The notes under the pieces: model-generated | The model's database searches: none | What the model saw: only the letters and a program-made list of their open reading frames with translations | What the model was told of the DNA's origin: nothing | NCBI GenBank assembly: GCA_031367205.1 | Contig: JANLPK010000052.1 | Coordinates: forward strand, 4,968-68,967 | Direction of reading: 5' to 3' | Length of the DNA: 64,000 bases | From: Alphaproteobacteria bacterium | Lineage (GTDB): Bacteria > Pseudomonadota > Alphaproteobacteria > Caulobacterales > Caulobacteraceae | Position numbers and translations under genes: made by a program | Shown: positions 20,321-30,117 of the stretch, in pieces | How positions within the stretch are numbered: the stretch's first letter is position 1 | Layout: each line of letters begins with the position of its first letter

Positions 20321-21496
20321 GTGACGAAGTTCGAGCAACGCAGGAAGGCGATCATCCGGGCTGCGGTCGGTGTCATCAATCGCAAGGGCGTGAGGGGGAT
20401 GACCTTCAGTGAGGTCGCTACACGACTGGATTTGGTAACCAGTGCGATAAGTTACTACTTCCGCCGAAAGGAAGATCTGGCCGCAGCTTGCTTGATGGAG
20501 TCGATCGCGTGTTTCGAGCGGTTTGCGGATGCTGCTGACGCCGGGACCAACCCGAGGGAGCGGGTGCGACTTTACCTTTTGTCACTCATGCGCTTCTGGA
20601 GCGAATTGGCGACAGGCCAAGCTGACCCAGTCGTCCTGTTCAACGAAGTCCGCACGATCGGCGATCCCATGGTCGATGTCGCCTATCTCCAGATGTACCG
20701 ACGTCTGCGTCGACAGCTCGACATATCGCCACGCCTTGGGCCACTGGAACGCAATGCACGCACCCACCAGTTCATTACCCAAGCCATATGGATGACCCTC
20801 TGGGCCGACCGCTATGACCCCCGAGATTTTGAACGAATTGCTGAGCGTACAGCAGACATTCTGATAGGCGGCCTCGCGGCCACAGATCACCACTGGAGCT
20901 CCGCCACGCTACCGGCAGACCTGTCGGCGACTCCGCCGGACGCATTCATGACCGCGGCGACAGAATTGATCAACGAGGAGGGCTACCGAGGCGCTTCAGT
21001 TGATCGCATCGCTGCACGTCTCAACCTGACTAAGGGTGCTTTCTACCACCGTCACGACGCCAAGGACGATTTGGTGGTGGCCGGCTTCAATCGCACGCTA
21101 GCGCTTATCAGGCACGCTCAGGACCGAGCTGAAGCGACTGGCACCAACAGCCTTGAGCGCCTGTGCCTTGCTGTGGATGACTTGTTCAGGGGGCATTTGG
21201 ACAGGTCGGCACCGCTTTTGCGTATTTCGGCGCTCGCCGCTGTGCCCGAGGACATCGGCCAAGACATCTTCCTTCAGTTCAGCCGCGTTTCCTTGCACTT
21301 CGCAGGTATCATCGCCGACGGCGTGCGTGACGGATCGATCCGGGCGGTCGACCCCAATATCGCAGGCTTCATGATCACGGCAATGATCAGCGGTGCAACC
21401 GAGCTTACCAATTGGGTGCCCGGAGTGACCGCACCCAACGCGGCGTCTGCCTTCTTCCGTCCACTGGTCGAGGGCATGTTTTCCGACTCGGCTTGA
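20321..21496 (+). CDS. Tandem double-TetR transcriptional regulator (alternative TTG start at 20270)
   Basis: Two HTH units: RRKAIIRAA...GVRGMTFSEVATRLDLVTSAISYYF and FMTAATELINEEGYRGASVDRIAARLNLTKGAFYH. Confidence 0.88.
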   Translation: MTKFEQRRKAIIRAAVGVINRKGVRGMTFSEVATRLDLVTSAISYYFRRKEDLAAACLMESIACFERFADAADAGTNPRERVRLYLLSLMRFWSELATGQADPVVLFNEVRTIGDPMVDVAYLQMYRRLRRQLDISPRLGPLERNARTHQFITQAIWMTLWADRYDPRDFERIAERTADILIGGLAATDHHWSSATLPADLSATPPDAFMTAATELINEEGYRGASVDRIAARLNLTKGAFYHRHDAKDDLVVAGFNRTLALIRHAQDRAEATGTNSLERLCLAVDDLFRGHLDRSAPLLRISALAAVPEDIGQDIFLQFSRVSLHFAGIIADGVRDGSIRAVDPNIAGFMITAMISGATELTNWVPGVTAPNAASAFFRPLVEGMFSDSA

Positions 21497-21664
21497 GTGA
21501 AATATACTTCTATAGATTGAATTTGAAGTATGAGTATGTTTTCGGGGTTGATTTTCTGCTCAACATTGCTTGAATGCGTAGCGTAATTCCAAATATTCCG
21601 AGATGTTTTGACATTTTGGATAAGGCATTGGTGACGACCGTATCCAAGACCTGGGGAGAGTGGC

Positions 21665-22450
21665 TTGAAGGATTTTGACGATCACATCCGCGAGCTTGAA
21701 TCGCATGGCTACTCCATCATGCCGGGTGCCGTGTCGTCGGCTCTGTGTGATGAGATCGTCAGTGAAATCCAACGGCTCGAGGCCGAGATGGAGCCCTCCC
21801 TGAAGGGCAACGCCTTCGTTGGCTACAAGACGGTTCGCTATTTCGATCTGTTGAATCAAAGCGAGGTCTGGCAACGGGTGGCTGCACATCCAAACCTACT
21901 GCCTGTGCTGCGCGGGGTCTTAGGCAGAGACATGCTGCTGTCGACGATGGGTACAGCCGTGATCGGGCCCGGCGAACGGGCTCAACCGATCCATCGCGAC
22001 GATGAACTCTACGACATAGCCATGCCGCATCGGAATTTGGTCTGTAACACCATGTGGGCGCTGACAGATTTCACCGAGGAGAATGGTGCCACGCGGATCG
22101 TGCCCGATACCCATCGACAGGTTGCCGCGCCCGATCCGCGCGAGACCCATGCCTCTATCCCCGCGACAATGCCGAAGGGGAGCGTCTGCTTCGTATTGGG
22201 CACGGCCTATCATGGCGGTGGTGCCAACCAGACTGCAGATCGCCGCTGGGCGTTGACCATCAATTATTGCGCTGGTGCCATGCGCCAGCAGGAGAATCTG
22301 ATGCTCGCCACAACCCGCGAACGCGCGGCCGGCTTCGCACCTGAACTGCAGGCCCTGATCGGCTATCGACAGACCTTGCGCAATGTCGGCCACGTCAACG
22401 CCGCCGACCCGCGTCGCCTACTGGAACCTTACACCGTGGGGACAGATTGA
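21665..22450 (+). CDS. PhyH-family Fe(II)/2-oxoglutarate dioxygenase
   Basis: HRD (HxD), ALTDFTEENGATRIVP, AYHGGGANQT..RR. Confidence 0.9.
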   Translation: MKDFDDHIRELESHGYSIMPGAVSSALCDEIVSEIQRLEAEMEPSLKGNAFVGYKTVRYFDLLNQSEVWQRVAAHPNLLPVLRGVLGRDMLLSTMGTAVIGPGERAQPIHRDDELYDIAMPHRNLVCNTMWALTDFTEENGATRIVPDTHRQVAAPDPRETHASIPATMPKGSVCFVLGTAYHGGGANQTADRRWALTINYCAGAMRQQENLMLATTRERAAGFAPELQALIGYRQTLRNVGHVNAADPRRLLEPYTVGTD

Positions 22451-23448
22451 TGGATGACCTTTCACACCCTCAGACAACCCCTCCGCGGCGCCCTCGCGAC
22501 TTCGAATCTGCGCCTTATTTGAGCCAGAAACGCAACATCTCGCGCCTATATCCGGAATTGAAGGCGCTAGGATTACAGTCGCATATCGCGGACTTAGCGG
22601 TGCTGGGCTACACGATTGTGCCGCCGGACAAGGTTGCCCCTCCCGAGCATATCGCAGCCCTTCGCCAAGCCGTGCTAAGGGTCTCTGAGCAACGTACCCG
22701 CATAAAGCCAGACGAACAGGGCGGCTCGACCCACCTTGCCTCTCAGCATCCGCTCGGCCAATTTATGCGCTACGTACTGTTCGAAGATCAGATCTTTGAA
22801 CCGATCCTGACCAATCCGGTTCTCCTGGGACTGATCACGCACCTCGTCGGATATGACGCCTTGCTCAGCCTCAACGACGCCATGGTCAAGGGGCCTGGCG
22901 GTGCGGCGCTTTCAATTCACAATGACAACGGTGACCTCACAACAGCGGTTTATCCAGATCAACCCCAGACGGCAAACATCAACCTGCTGCTCAACGACTA
23001 CGAAGCCGGCAGCGGAACCATCGCCTTCCTGCCCGGAAGCCATCGCTTTCGCCGACAACCGACCCCCGGCGAAATGCGTGAACTGAAGGATGAATTGGTT
23101 CCGGTAATCGCGCCCGCCGGTTCGGCGGTGATCTGGCCTGCTAACACGTGGCACATGGCGTTTCCACGCACTGACCCTGGGCTCCGGCTCACCCTGCTGT
23201 ACGACTTTTGCCGCGGGCATTTGCAAACCCAATCGCCATTCCGCGCAGATATCACGCCTGATATCCTCGCCCGCAACCCCGCTCGCTTCGCGCAGTTGAT
23301 GCACGTCTACGGGGCTTTTCCGTTCCGAGAGGAAGACATTGACCGGAAACGAACCGCGCTCGGCTCTAAGCATCACAGTCTGTTCGACTGCGATCCCATA
23401 TGGACCGATTTCCATGACCTGGAGCGCGTGCGACGAGCAGCTGAGTAG
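22450..23448 (+). CDS. PhyH-family Fe(II)/2-oxoglutarate dioxygenase with N-terminal extension
   Basis: TGATG overlap with the previous gene; HND, FLPGSH, TWH..PR. Confidence 0.85.
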   Translation: MDDLSHPQTTPPRRPRDFESAPYLSQKRNISRLYPELKALGLQSHIADLAVLGYTIVPPDKVAPPEHIAALRQAVLRVSEQRTRIKPDEQGGSTHLASQHPLGQFMRYVLFEDQIFEPILTNPVLLGLITHLVGYDALLSLNDAMVKGPGGAALSIHNDNGDLTTAVYPDQPQTANINLLLNDYEAGSGTIAFLPGSHRFRRQPTPGEMRELKDELVPVIAPAGSAVIWPANTWHMAFPRTDPGLRLTLLYDFCRGHLQTQSPFRADITPDILARNPARFAQLMHVYGAFPFREEDIDRKRTALGSKHHSLFDCDPIWTDFHDLERVRRAAE

Positions 23449-23559
23449 AGCATGTTCCGATAACTGGGAACCGGTGATCAGATCCAAACCTGCTCTAACT
23501 TTTTGAATTATAGACCTTTTATCCCTCTGGACAATTCCGTCTAAAGGGAAATGGCCTTA
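23446..23559 (+). repeat. CIR-like repeat, full, degenerate copy
   Basis: TAGAGCATGTTCCGATAACTGGGAACCGG...TGCTCTAACTTTTTGAATTA...CGTCTAAAGGGAA...TTA; starts at the TAG stop of the dioxygenase gene. Confidence 0.88.
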
Positions 23560-23674
23560 GTCGACGCCCAATCTTTGGCGCAGTGATCATTCATGTGCCG
23601 GCTTACCCAAGGCGATGACGATCAGCTTCGAAAACACGACCTCGAATAAGCGATATGACATGGAGCGAAACAAA

Positions 23675-24490
23675 ATGACCGGACGTCTAGCGGGTAAGGT
23701 TGCCCTGATCACCGGCGGCACCAGCGGCATTGGTGAGGCGACAGTCGAGCTGTTTGTCGCGGAGGGTGCAAAGGTTGTGATTGTCGGCCGCAACACCGAC
23801 AAAGGTGACGCGATGGTCGGATCTTTGGGCACCAACGCGTGTTTCTTCAAGGCCGATGTCACCCAGGAAGCCGAGGTGAAGGCCGCCATCGACCATGCGG
23901 TTACAAGCTTCGGACGCCTCGACATTTTGTTCAACAACGCGGGCGGCGGCACGCTGGGTGGAGTGGATACATTTACCGGTGTGCAGTTCGATCACGCCAT
24001 GCACCTCCTGCTCGGCAGTGCCCTATTTGGCATCAAACACGCAGCGCCGATCATGAAGCTTCAGGGTTGGGGCGCGATCATCAATAACTCTTCGGTAGCT
24101 GCTCTGCGCACCCACATGGGCGGCTATCTCTATTCTGTGGCCAAGGCCGGCCTGACTCAGGCGACCAAGCTGGCGGGTATGGAACTCGGACGACATGGCA
24201 TCTCGGTCAACTGCATCTCGCCTGGCGGTATCGCAACGCCGATCTTCTTCGGTGGCTCGGCTCGCGCCGCCAGCATGGAGGATGCGCGTCTTGATGCCAC
24301 CATGGCCAAGCTCGAGCTCAACCTTGCCAAGGCGACACCGATTCAGAAATCCGGTCTCCCGAAAGATATCGCCGCTGCCGCCTTGTTCCTGGCCAGCGAC
24401 GATGGCCATTACGTCAATTGCCACGACTTGGTGGTAGACGCGGGCATGACGGCCGGCGGGCGAACCAATTTCGAAGACGCGGCGGGGTAG
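23675..24490 (+). CDS. Short-chain dehydrogenase/reductase
   Basis: TGGTSGIG, NNAG, YSVAK, VNCISPG; RBS GGAG before ATG 23675. Confidence 0.92.
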   Translation: MTGRLAGKVALITGGTSGIGEATVELFVAEGAKVVIVGRNTDKGDAMVGSLGTNACFFKADVTQEAEVKAAIDHAVTSFGRLDILFNNAGGGTLGGVDTFTGVQFDHAMHLLLGSALFGIKHAAPIMKLQGWGAIINNSSVAALRTHMGGYLYSVAKAGLTQATKLAGMELGRHGISVNCISPGGIATPIFFGGSARAASMEDARLDATMAKLELNLAKATPIQKSGLPKDIAAAALFLASDDGHYVNCHDLVVDAGMTAGGRTNFEDAAG

Positions 24491-24563
24491 CTCCAAGCTT
24501 AGCGAGCCAAGGTGGCCTCAGGGCCAGAGGGTTCCGTCTTAGGACGACGCATTCGGGCGACGC

Positions 24564-25445
24564 TCACCCCAGATTGGGTGTCGCCTGCTTGGGTCTCAAG
24601 TCAGCGCCCCACGTCACCACGGGTGGGTTGGCAGCGACGCTCAAAACTTCAGCTTGGCGACGCATCATGTCCGGCCAGAAGCTGCCGCTGAAAACGTAGA
24701 AGCGATCGCTCTTCAGAGCCTCCAATGTGTCTGACGCGATGGCGTCGGCCGAGATACCCCGGCCCTGAAAGACCTCCGAGCCCCGCACATGGGACGGATC
24801 ATTCCACTCCCGATCGCTCCAGGGCTGATCAGCAGCAGGACGGTTGCGGCCAGACTTATGGATCATGGTATCGACCATGCCGGGGCATACGACCGAGACG
24901 CCGATCTTGGTGTTCCAAGCCTTCAGTTCCGAATAGAGCGATTGGCTAATCGAGAGGGCGGCTGCTTTCGAAGAGCAATAGGGGGAATGCTCTCCGGTCC
25001 CGCTAAAGGCGGCAAGCGAGGCTGTGTTGATCACGTGACAAGGCTCGCCGTGAGCAATCATTCCCGGCACAAATGCCTTTATGCCATGAATAATGCCCCA
25101 GACATTCACGTCGTGAACCCATCGCCAATCGTCCAGACTCAATTCCCAGAGCGGACCGGTAATCGAGACGCCGGCATTATTGACAAGCACATGCGCATTG
25201 CCAAACTCAGCTTGTGTGGTTTGTGCCAACGCCTCAACTGAGGCGTAGTCAGTCACGTCAGTGCGCACACCGATTGTCTCAAACCCAGCCGCGCGCAAGG
25301 CTCCAACCGCGCCATCTAGGGCATCCTGTTGAATGTCGGCCAGCACCAGCCGCATGCCTTCTGCCCCAAAGGATCGCGCCATTGCCAAGCCGATGCCGCT
25401 AGCGCCGCCGGTAATGACGGCGACCTTACCCTTTAAGTCATCCAC
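24564..25445 (-). CDS. Short-chain dehydrogenase/reductase
   Basis: TGGASGIG, NNAGV, YCSSK, VCPGMVDT. Confidence 0.92.
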   Translation of the reverse strand: MDDLKGKVAVITGGASGIGLAMARSFGAEGMRLVLADIQQDALDGAVGALRAAGFETIGVRTDVTDYASVEALAQTTQAEFGNAHVLVNNAGVSITGPLWELSLDDWRWVHDVNVWGIIHGIKAFVPGMIAHGEPCHVINTASLAAFSGTGEHSPYCSSKAAALSISQSLYSELKAWNTKIGVSVVCPGMVDTMIHKSGRNRPAADQPWSDREWNDPSHVRGSEVFQGRGISADAIASDTLEALKSDRFYVFSGSFWPDMMRRQAEVLSVAANPPVVTWGADLRPKQATPNLG

Positions 25446-25462
25446 GGTCAGAATTCTCGCGT

Positions 25463-26335
25463 TCAGAGGTGATTTTCGAACCAGTCGAGCGCCGCCTGAC
25501 GCGCGGGCACCAGGTGCTTGTCATAGACTTGGTAATGGGTGCAGGGGAATGTGATGCGATCGCAGACGACGCCGTTGGCCTTAACGATCTCGTAGGCGGC
25601 ACCACCTTGCAAGGCCGCCTCGTTATACTCTTCAAACTCCGCGTCAATAAACAGCGATGGCGCACGGATTCCAGCAGCGCCTAACAGGGGCGAGTGGCCA
25701 AATTGGCGGGCCAAGTCGGGCGTTCCACGGAGCCCAGGAGAGTTATCGACACCCTGCGGAACAGGTGGATCGATCCGACCGCGAGCCTTATCGGCCATCC
25801 GCTGATAGGCAAGGTCGCGGTACCAATTCTCACGCGGATGTCCATAACCGCCGATCTGAGCAACCATGGCCTTAATTCGGGAGTCGGTACCGGCGACGAA
25901 GGTGACGTGACCTCCGCCATAACTTGAACCCCATAACCCGATGCGCTCGGGGTCAACGCCAGGTTCGCTCACCAAGTAGGCCAAACATGCCCGGATATCC
26001 GCGATTTGATCAACCGGATCAACGACCTCTCGTAGCACGTGTACCGGCAAGACAGCCTCACCCGCAGAGGTCAACGAGGGGGTGTTGGCCGTGGAAATCA
26101 GCCGACCATCGCTTTCACCCCAACCGCGATAGTCAAACACCAGGCAAGCATAGCCGGCTGCGACGAACGTTTCAGCGTACAGCTGAGTCAGATGCTCCTT
26201 CAGCCCACCCCATCCATGACAGAGCAAAATGCCAGGCCGCGATCCATCAGCACCTCGCGGGTGCATCATCACAGCGGCGAGGCGCGATCCCTCCGACCAT
26301 ATGCTGACGGCCTCTCGTTCGCCCTCGTACGTCAT
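25463..26335 (-). CDS. Alpha/beta hydrolase (S9/S15-like)
   Basis: CHGWGG, FDYRGWGESDG, nucleophile GSSYGG, His in CTHYQVY. Confidence 0.85.
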   Translation of the reverse strand: MTYEGEREAVSIWSEGSRLAAVMMHPRGADGSRPGILLCHGWGGLKEHLTQLYAETFVAAGYACLVFDYRGWGESDGRLISTANTPSLTSAGEAVLPVHVLREVVDPVDQIADIRACLAYLVSEPGVDPERIGLWGSSYGGGHVTFVAGTDSRIKAMVAQIGGYGHPRENWYRDLAYQRMADKARGRIDPPVPQGVDNSPGLRGTPDLARQFGHSPLLGAAGIRAPSLFIDAEFEEYNEAALQGGAAYEIVKANGVVCDRITFPCTHYQVYDKHLVPARQAALDWFENHL

Positions 26336-26604
26336 GTGCAGCTTACCTTCCCGTGACCATCTACCGCCGAGCAGATCGCAACCCGCACAAACCACATGCT
26401 CAAATTAATTGCCTGATGTCACGAAAATATCCGTTTGTCAGGACAATTTTGTCTCGACTTCAATACCACACCAACAATTATGTAATTCGGTAAAGGCGTG
26501 GTGACGAAAACGCGATCGGTGAAGCGGTTGGCCGCCACTTGAAGGGTTCCGGTCGAGGGCGCGCGCTGTGACCGCGTTTGAGTGGGTTTAGTTTGAGGCA
26601 AAAA

Positions 26605-27456
26605 CTACAACACCAATGGTCGACCCTGCGCATCAAGCGGGCCGACGGGGGTGATAGCCCGGCTCAGTACGCCGGTCTGAGTGGGCTTCTCTAGCCGCCC
26701 CAGCCCGTGCTGGATTGTGTAACCCAACCGCCGCAATAGGGCGGCGTTTTCAGGGGTCTCGTGCTGCGAATCCAAGCCCAGGAAAAAATTCTCCTGTTGG
26801 CGTATGAAGGGGCGGCAGAAATAGGTCAGGATCGCATGCCGCAACGTCGAGCTCGTCTGGTTTGCGCCCGTCCCATGTATCAGCCGCCCATCAAAAACCA
26901 GGGCCGAACCTGCGGGACCAGCAGCGGCCAAAGTCGGCGTTGTCTGGTCTACGGTCCACTCTTCTCGCGTGTGACTTCGCGGACTCAATCGGGTGCCGCC
27001 GTTCTCTTCTGTGAACTCGTCAAGCATCCAGGCAATGTTGGCGACCAGCGGCTTGGCGGTCGCAAACGGCACATAGCCCTGGTCGGTATGCAGATACATT
27101 GGCTCGCTACCCGGCGCGGCGATGTTCGCGGTTGCAGAGGACAGTAAAAAATCCTTCCCCAATAGATGACTCATCATTTCATCGACCAGTGGATGCAGCA
27201 CGAGATCTCGAAACGCTTGGCCCTTGTTGACCAGCATCCAGACCCGTTGATTAGTCCCACTGTCGCGCCAGTCGAGCCCGGCAGCGACCTCCCCCGCCGC
27301 TTGCGCCACGACCCGCGCCCGCAGTAACTCAATTTGATCCGGTGACAGTGCGTCGCGCACGATACAGTAGCCAAATGTGTCGAGGTCACTTAGGGCAACA
27401 CTTCGGTCGACCGTTGGTTTGGGCACGGAACGATTAGCTTTGGAATTCAAGTCCAT
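26605..27456 (-). CDS. PhyH-family Fe(II)/2-oxoglutarate dioxygenase
   Basis: LHTDQ, MLDEFTEENGGTRL.P.SH, LIHGTGANQT, RQQEN. Confidence 0.9.
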   Translation of the reverse strand: MDLNSKANRSVPKPTVDRSVALSDLDTFGYCIVRDALSPDQIELLRARVVAQAAGEVAAGLDWRDSGTNQRVWMLVNKGQAFRDLVLHPLVDEMMSHLLGKDFLLSSATANIAAPGSEPMYLHTDQGYVPFATAKPLVANIAWMLDEFTEENGGTRLSPRSHTREEWTVDQTTPTLAAAGPAGSALVFDGRLIHGTGANQTSSTLRHAILTYFCRPFIRQQENFFLGLDSQHETPENAALLRRLGYTIQHGLGRLEKPTQTGVLSRAITPVGPLDAQGRPLVL

Positions 27457-27470
27457 GGATCGACCCTCGC

Positions 27471-27980
27471 TCAGAGACGGGTTGACACGCTGCGATTAGA
27501 GATGAGCGAGCTTAGGCTTGGTCCGGAAACAATCTCAATCCAGTAGCCGTCGGGATCGCGAATGAAGGCTAGCCCCTTCATGGCACCTTCATCCGGGCGC
27601 TTAACGAAGTGAACACCCATCTCCTCAAAGCGTCGGCAAGCCTCTTCGACATTCGGCACAGAAATTCCGATATGGCCGAAACCGCGCGGCTCGGTGTTAC
27701 CGTTATGATAGGCGAACCCCGGATCAACCTCAGTGCCCCAGTTGTGGGTCAACTCCAGGAGCGCCGGCTGCTCGAATATCCATCGAGCGCGAGCGGCACT
27801 GTCCCTGGGCGGCTCGCCACCTGAATAGCCCAAAAAATAGAGGCTGAAACCAAGCTCAGTGAAGTCATATCGGTCAAGCAGGCGCATGCCCAGAACATCC
27901 ACGTAGAACGCCAGCGAGGGCTCCGGATCCCGAATGCGGAGCATTGTTTGGTTGAAGACGTAACCCTCAGTGGCACTCAT
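27471..27980 (-). CDS. gloA: Lactoylglutathione lyase (glyoxalase I), long Zn-type class
   Basis: [49 protein letters not shown]. Confidence 0.92.
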   Translation of the reverse strand: MSATEGYVFNQTMLRIRDPEPSLAFYVDVLGMRLLDRYDFTELGFSLYFLGYSGGEPPRDSAARARWIFEQPALLELTHNWGTEVDPGFAYHNGNTEPRGFGHIGISVPNVEEACRRFEEMGVHFVKRPDEGAMKGLAFIRDPDGYWIEIVSGPSLSSLISNRSVSTRL

Positions 27981-28423
27981 GCTTCAACGGATTTCGCCTG
28001 GGCCGTCCGCCGCATCCGCTCGACCTCTTCCCATCCCAGATAGGCCGTGAAGCGATCTCCATCAAAGTAGAGCAGAGGCCCCATGCAGATAAACAGGTAC
28101 TCGGTATCCTCAAGCGCCTCAGTCGCACCGTGCAGCACACCGTTGGGTTCATAAACGTAGTCGCCGGTTTCCAGAATCCCATCGCGGACTTTCAGCCGCC
28201 CCTTCAAGATGAAAGTATGGGAGGCGGAGAGGTGCTTATGGGGTGGGGCCGTAAATCCCTTTGCCCATCGGTAGAGGACCGCCCAGGCGCCGCTCTCAGA
28301 GCCCGTATAGAGCACTTTCGTGGCCGACATTTCCGAGTGGACAATCCAAGGCGTTTGGCTGGCCGCCACAAGGGTATCCTGTAGATCGCCGTTCAAGGGA
28401 CGAATGTCTTGAGGCAATGGCAT
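27977..28423 (-). CDS. Cupin dioxygenase, Dke1 (beta-diketone-cleaving)/DAD-like
   Basis: H62-x-H64 ... E92 ... H98 ([16 protein letters not shown]) and C-terminal MGPLLYFD...LGWEE; ATGA-coupled to gloA. Confidence 0.75.
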   Translation of the reverse strand: MPLPQDIRPLNGDLQDTLVAASQTPWIVHSEMSATKVLYTGSESGAWAVLYRWAKGFTAPPHKHLSASHTFILKGRLKVRDGILETGDYVYEPNGVLHGATEALEDTEYLFICMGPLLYFDGDRFTAYLGWEEVERMRRTAQAKSVEA

Positions 28424-28641
28424 GGAACGAATCTCCGATCACTTATTGTTAGCCCGATGTCGAGCAGTGGGCATGGTGCCGAGTCCTAGGGAGGCCCATA
28501 CTTCAAGGCCTAACTTTTTCAACTACAACATCTCATTCGCCGAAACATGTCATTCCAACTTGACAAATGTGACTCCCACATGTGACGCCATACATACCGC
28601 AATGTCAAAAAAGAACGGCAGATACGCCGCCCGGGAGAGAG

Positions 28642-30117
28642 ATGCTGGATATCTCGTCGACTTCTGAGTCTAAGTCCGGAACACCGACCGCCTTCGTCCC
28701 CACATCGACGCCCCCGAGCCTCGCGACAAAGCTGTTCTACGGTGCGGGATCGATGGCGTTCGGCATCAAGGACCAGGGTTTCGGCGTCCTGCTTATGCTA
28801 TTCTATAATCAGGTGTTGGGGCTTCCGGCGCGCCAAGTCGGCTTAGCAGTTATGATCGCGCTGATGGTCGATGCGCTGCTTGATCCCACGATCGGTTATC
28901 TCTCTGACAACCTTCGCTCGCGCTGGGGACGACGTCATCCTTTCATGTATGCCGCAGCGCTGCCCATCGCCGGCACTTATCTGTTACTTTGGAACCCGCC
29001 TGCCGGCCTGAGCCATGGTCAGCTGTTTGCTTATCTGACCGGCGTCTCCATCTTGGTGCGGGCGTGCATAACCTGTTTTGAGATCCCCTCTTCAGCGCAG
29101 GTCGCAGAGTTGACCGCCAGCTATGACCAGCGCACCGACATGCTTTCGTACCGGTACTTCTTCGGTTGGGTGACAAGCCTCACGATGTCGATCCTAGCCT
29201 TCAGTGTTATCCTCAAGCCGGACGCTACTCATAAGGTCGGACAGCTCAATCCGGAAGGTTATAGCCACTACAGCTGGATTGCTGCAGGCCTGATGCTGGC
29301 GGCAATCTTGGTCTCGGCTATCGGCACTCACCGCAATATCAAGACCTATGCAACTGCTCCGGCACGACCGAGAATGACCGCTCGCCAGATCGCCCATGAG
29401 ATCATCACGACCCTTTCTGAGCGTGCGTTTCTGGTCATGGCCGCGGCAGGCGTGTTTGGTGCAACTGCGGCGGGCCTTGGCGGCGCGCTGATCATCTATT
29501 TCCGAACCTATTTCTTCGATCTGACCGGCAACCAGATCTCAATTCTGCTCTCGGCGAACTTTATCTCCGTCGCAGTGGCTGTCTTCGTGGCACCAAGGCT
29601 ATCTAAACGGTTCGGGAAAAAGCGCGTTTCGATTGCCGCTTCGGTGGCTTCAATCCTGATCGGACCGATACCGGTGGTCTTAAGGCTTCTACACTTGGGG
29701 CCCGAAAACGGATCGACGGCAATCTTGCCACTGCTCTTCTGTTTCACAACCGTGACGGCCGGTTTGGGCATTGTCTCCAACATCTTGATGTCATCCATGA
29801 TTGCGGATGTCGTGGAGCACAGCCAACTCAAGACTGGACGACGCAATGAAGGTCTTTTCTTCTCGGCCAACGCTTTCATACTCAAATGTGTCTCCGGCAT
29901 CGGCCTCTTCTTTGGTGGCCTATTGCTTGACATCGTCGGCTTCCCCCAGGGCGCTCACCCGGGTCCTGAGACCCATGCGGCGCTCAGCAAGCTGGCGACG
30001 CTGGAGATTCCTTTGACGGTGGCACTCTATCTCGTGGGGGTCGCCTGCGTCGTCGCCTATCCGATCAGCCGCAGCTTACACCAAGCCAACCTAAGTCGGC
30101 TCGAGGCAGCGCAATGA
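28642..30117 (+). CDS. GPH (MelB-like) MFS transporter
   Basis: DALLDPTIGYLSDNLRSRWGRRHPF, KRFGKK, SMIADVVE...TGRRNEGLFFS; about 12 hydrophobic segments. Confidence 0.9.
   Translation: MLDISSTSESKSGTPTAFVPTSTPPSLATKLFYGAGSMAFGIKDQGFGVLLMLFYNQVLGLPARQVGLAVMIALMVDALLDPTIGYLSDNLRSRWGRRHPFMYAAALPIAGTYLLLWNPPAGLSHGQLFAYLTGVSILVRACITCFEIPSSAQVAELTASYDQRTDMLSYRYFFGWVTSLTMSILAFSVILKPDATHKVGQLNPEGYSHYSWIAAGLMLAAILVSAIGTHRNIKTYATAPARPRMTARQIAHEIITTLSERAFLVMAAAGVFGATAAGLGGALIIYFRTYFFDLTGNQISILLSANFISVAVAVFVAPRLSKRFGKKRVSIAASVASILIGPIPVVLRLLHLGPENGSTAILPLLFCFTTVTAGLGIVSNILMSSMIADVVEHSQLKTGRRNEGLFFSANAFILKCVSGIGLFFGGLLLDIVGFPQGAHPGPETHAALSKLATLEIPLTVALYLVGVACVVAYPISRSLHQANLSRLEAAQ

Noticed and set aside
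20017-20385. 122-aa minus-strand ORF
   Set aside because: It overlaps the TetR gene antisense, and its C-terminus ([16 protein letters not shown]) is only the translation of the repeat arm; no protein motif.
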